A DNA stretch of 62,407 nt, counting the filler, from Clostridia bacterium (lineage in GTDB: Bacteria; CBDUZB01; JAGLHV01): NCBI GenBank assembly GCA_030637025.1. It is 7 parts of 5 records of this genome, joined end to end, with 100 filler letters (N's around TTAATTAATTAA, not from the genome) between each part and the next. Parts side by side here need not be neighbours in the genome. Positions count along the whole stretch, not along the records: positions 54,070 to 62,407 come from DAOVVV010000059.1; 6 more parts are not named here. One strand, 5' to 3'. Under the pieces are notes generated by a model. That model was given only the letters and a program-made list of their open reading frames with translations, ran no database searches and was not told the DNA's origin. Positions within the stretch are counted from its first letter, which is position 1. Every line of letters begins with the position of its first letter. The position numbers and the translations under genes were made by a program. Shown piece after piece: positions 60,498-62,407 of the stretch.

Positions 60498-61659
60498 GCT
60501 GGCCTATCGAAATATTAAAGGGGCGGGCCTTAGAACCTGGCTTAATGTCTTTGTTCTTTCCTTTACTTATGTGTTGATTATATGGCACCAGGGACTTTTT
60601 AGCGGAATGCTCAAGCATAGTTCTCATGCAGTAATTAAAGATGAAATTGCCGGCGGACAATATTGGCATCAAAACTACGATCCCTTTGATCCTCTTTCCT
60701 ATGACGATAGCCATGGAAAAATCCCTGATGAACTAATCGGTCTAATACAAGAAAAAAAAGCTGCCCCTGTTTTAATCCGTCAGGCAGCAATCTATCCGGA
60801 AGGAAGGATGCAAACTATATTACTTAGAGGTATTCAGCCGGAACAAACTGTATTGAATATTCCCACGGCAAAGTTAGGACTAAAAAAAGATGCACTCCCT
60901 GTTTTAATCGGTAAACGAATGGCCAAGAGCACTTCTTTAAATGTCGGTGATTATATCACTATACGCTGGAGAGATAAACAGGGAACCTTTGACGCCATTG
61001 AAGGTAAGATAGTGGAAATAATGAAAACCAATGTGCCCACTATAGATAAAGGACAACTATGGATTCCTCTTGAAAATCTGCAAAAGATGACCGGACTGAA
61101 AAATCAGGCAACAATGATCATCGTCGGGCAGGATGTCTTAGAAGAAGTAAAAGTTAAGAATTGGAAATTTAAAAATCAGGATTTTCTTTTAAGCGATATC
61201 TCTGCCATGGTAAAAAGTAAAAGAGTTGGTGCCAGTATTATGTATGCTATATTGCTCTTCTTAGCTATGCTGGCTATTTTCGATACGCAGGTATTAGCTA
61301 TTTTTAAACGCAGAAAAGAAATAGGAACCCTGATGGCCCTGGGAATGACCCGTTTGCAGGTAATTTTTCTTTTTACCCTGGAGGGAGCAATGCATGGAAT
61401 TCTCGCTATTTGTTTAGCAGCAGTTTATGGTACTCCTCTTTTGCTTTATTCTGCTAAGCACGGGATATCCTTTCCCACCGAGACAGTTGATGACTATGGT
61501 TTTGCTTTCGCAGAAACATTACTTCCCTCCTATTCAGTATTTCTGGTTTTGGGTACTATATTTATAGTTATGACGGTTGTAACCATAGTAAGTTTTCTGC
61601 CCACGCGTAAAATTGCCAAATTAAAGCCGACTGAGGCGTTAAAAGGAAAAATAACATGA
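60484..61659 (+). CDS. ABC permease, FtsX/LolE type
   Basis: LAYRNI, RRKEIGTLMALG, four TM helices. Confidence 0.92.
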   Translation: MLTFKLAYRNIKGAGLRTWLNVFVLSFTYVLIIWHQGLFSGMLKHSSHAVIKDEIAGGQYWHQNYDPFDPLSYDDSHGKIPDELIGLIQEKKAAPVLIRQAAIYPEGRMQTILLRGIQPEQTVLNIPTAKLGLKKDALPVLIGKRMAKSTSLNVGDYITIRWRDKQGTFDAIEGKIVEIMKTNVPTIDKGQLWIPLENLQKMTGLKNQATMIIVGQDVLEEVKVKNWKFKNQDFLLSDISAMVKSKRVGASIMYAILLFLAMLAIFDTQVLAIFKRRKEIGTLMALGMTRLQVIFLFTLEGAMHGILAICLAAVYGTPLLLYSAKHGISFPTETVDDYGFAFAETLLPSYSVFLVLGTIFIVMTVVTIVSFLPTRKIAKLKPTEALKGKIT

Positions 61660-62407
61660 TTAAATTTCTATTAAAAGGCTTAATCAGGGACCGCTCCAGG
61701 AGTTTGTTTCCGGTATTAATGGTCAGTGCAGGAGCTTTTTTAACTGTGCTCCTCTATAGCTGGATAACAGGAGCAATGGGAGATATAGTTAATTCCACCG
61801 CACAATTTAATAGCGGCCATGTAAAAATTACTACCCGGGCTTATCAGGAATTAGCTGACCAAATACCAAATGACCTGGCTCTTTTAGGGGTGACTAATTT
61901 ACTAAATCAACTACGCAATAATGAAAACAAAATGCTCTGGACCCCTCGCATACGCTTTGGGGGATTAATAGATATACCGGATATTCACGGAGAAACAAAA
62001 ACTCAGGGGCCGGTAATGGGATTAGGAGTGGATTTATTCAGTAAAAATTCTCCGGAAATAACTATTTTAAACTTAAAAAATGCTTTGGTAGAAGGAAAAT
62101 TACCTCAAAAAAAGAACGAAATATTAATCAGCGCAGAATTTGCTAAAAAATTGGGAGTAAAAATAGGCGAGCCGGCTACACTGCTTGGTTCTACTATGAA
62201 CGGGGCTATGGCTATGCATAATTTTACCATCTCCGGAACATTGTCTTTTGGCATAACCGCATTGGATAGAGGCGCAATTATTGCGGATATTACCGATGTC
62301 GGATTTGCTCTGGATATGATTGACGGAGCCAGTGAAATTGTAGGTTATTCTAAAAATATGGTTTATTTTAATACGGAAATGAAAGAATTGGCCCGGGATT
62401 TTAATGA
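61656..62407 (+). CDS. Second FtsX/LolE-type ABC permease (cut by window end)
   Basis: Own translation MIKFLLKGLIRDRSRSLFP..SGHVKI; ATGA overlap with the previous gene. Confidence 0.88.
   Translation, partial: MIKFLLKGLIRDRSRSLFPVLMVSAGAFLTVLLYSWITGAMGDIVNSTAQFNSGHVKITTRAYQELADQIPNDLALLGVTNLLNQLRNNENKMLWTPRIRFGGLIDIPDIHGETKTQGPVMGLGVDLFSKNSPEITILNLKNALVEGKLPQKKNEILISAEFAKKLGVKIGEPATLLGSTMNGAMAMHNFTISGTLSFGITALDRGAIIADITDVGFALDMIDGASEIVGYSKNMVYFNTEMKELARDFN

Overview
AT-rich bacterial draft or single-cell-type sequence made of seven contigs. They are joined by artificial 100-nt spacers (N44-TTAATTAATTAA-N44), so genes on opposite sides of a spacer are not real neighbours. The organism is a diderm, probably anaerobic and from a poorly characterised lineage; PorV-like barrels plus FlgD-type C-terminal domains are reminiscent of Elusimicrobiota-like phyla, but this is inference only. 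Contig 1: ispF-cysS-rlmB, tRNA Thr/Tyr/Gly/Thr, tuf. Contig 2: ABC genes, a GNAT and a likely sigma54-driven P-II/porin/amtB/P-II operon. Contig 3: serA end, YbhB, SufC-like ATPase. Contig 4 (12009-26683): a T9SS-like surface-protein locus with OmpA, two PorV-like barrels and three cargo proteins ending in a CTD-like domain, one of them 1902 aa. It contains a RAYT-type HUH transposase with 28-bp inverted ends. Solo copies of its promoter-adjacent left end head each of two tandem DUF2341 genes that share a 99%-identical 5' module but have different 3' modules; this cassette-like array is the best candidate for an undescribed system. Contig 5: pcrA, degP, a degenerate GH57, CBM/coiled-coil pairs, metG, ricT. 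Contig 6: glycosylation, thioredoxin, metE, nrdG, yggS, def, thi4. Contig 7: a frameshifted TPR gene, zinc-ribbon pair, YchF-like protein and a TetR/ABC exporter. Intergenic DNA carries several nested REP/MITE families and a covarying structured repeat flanking ispF.
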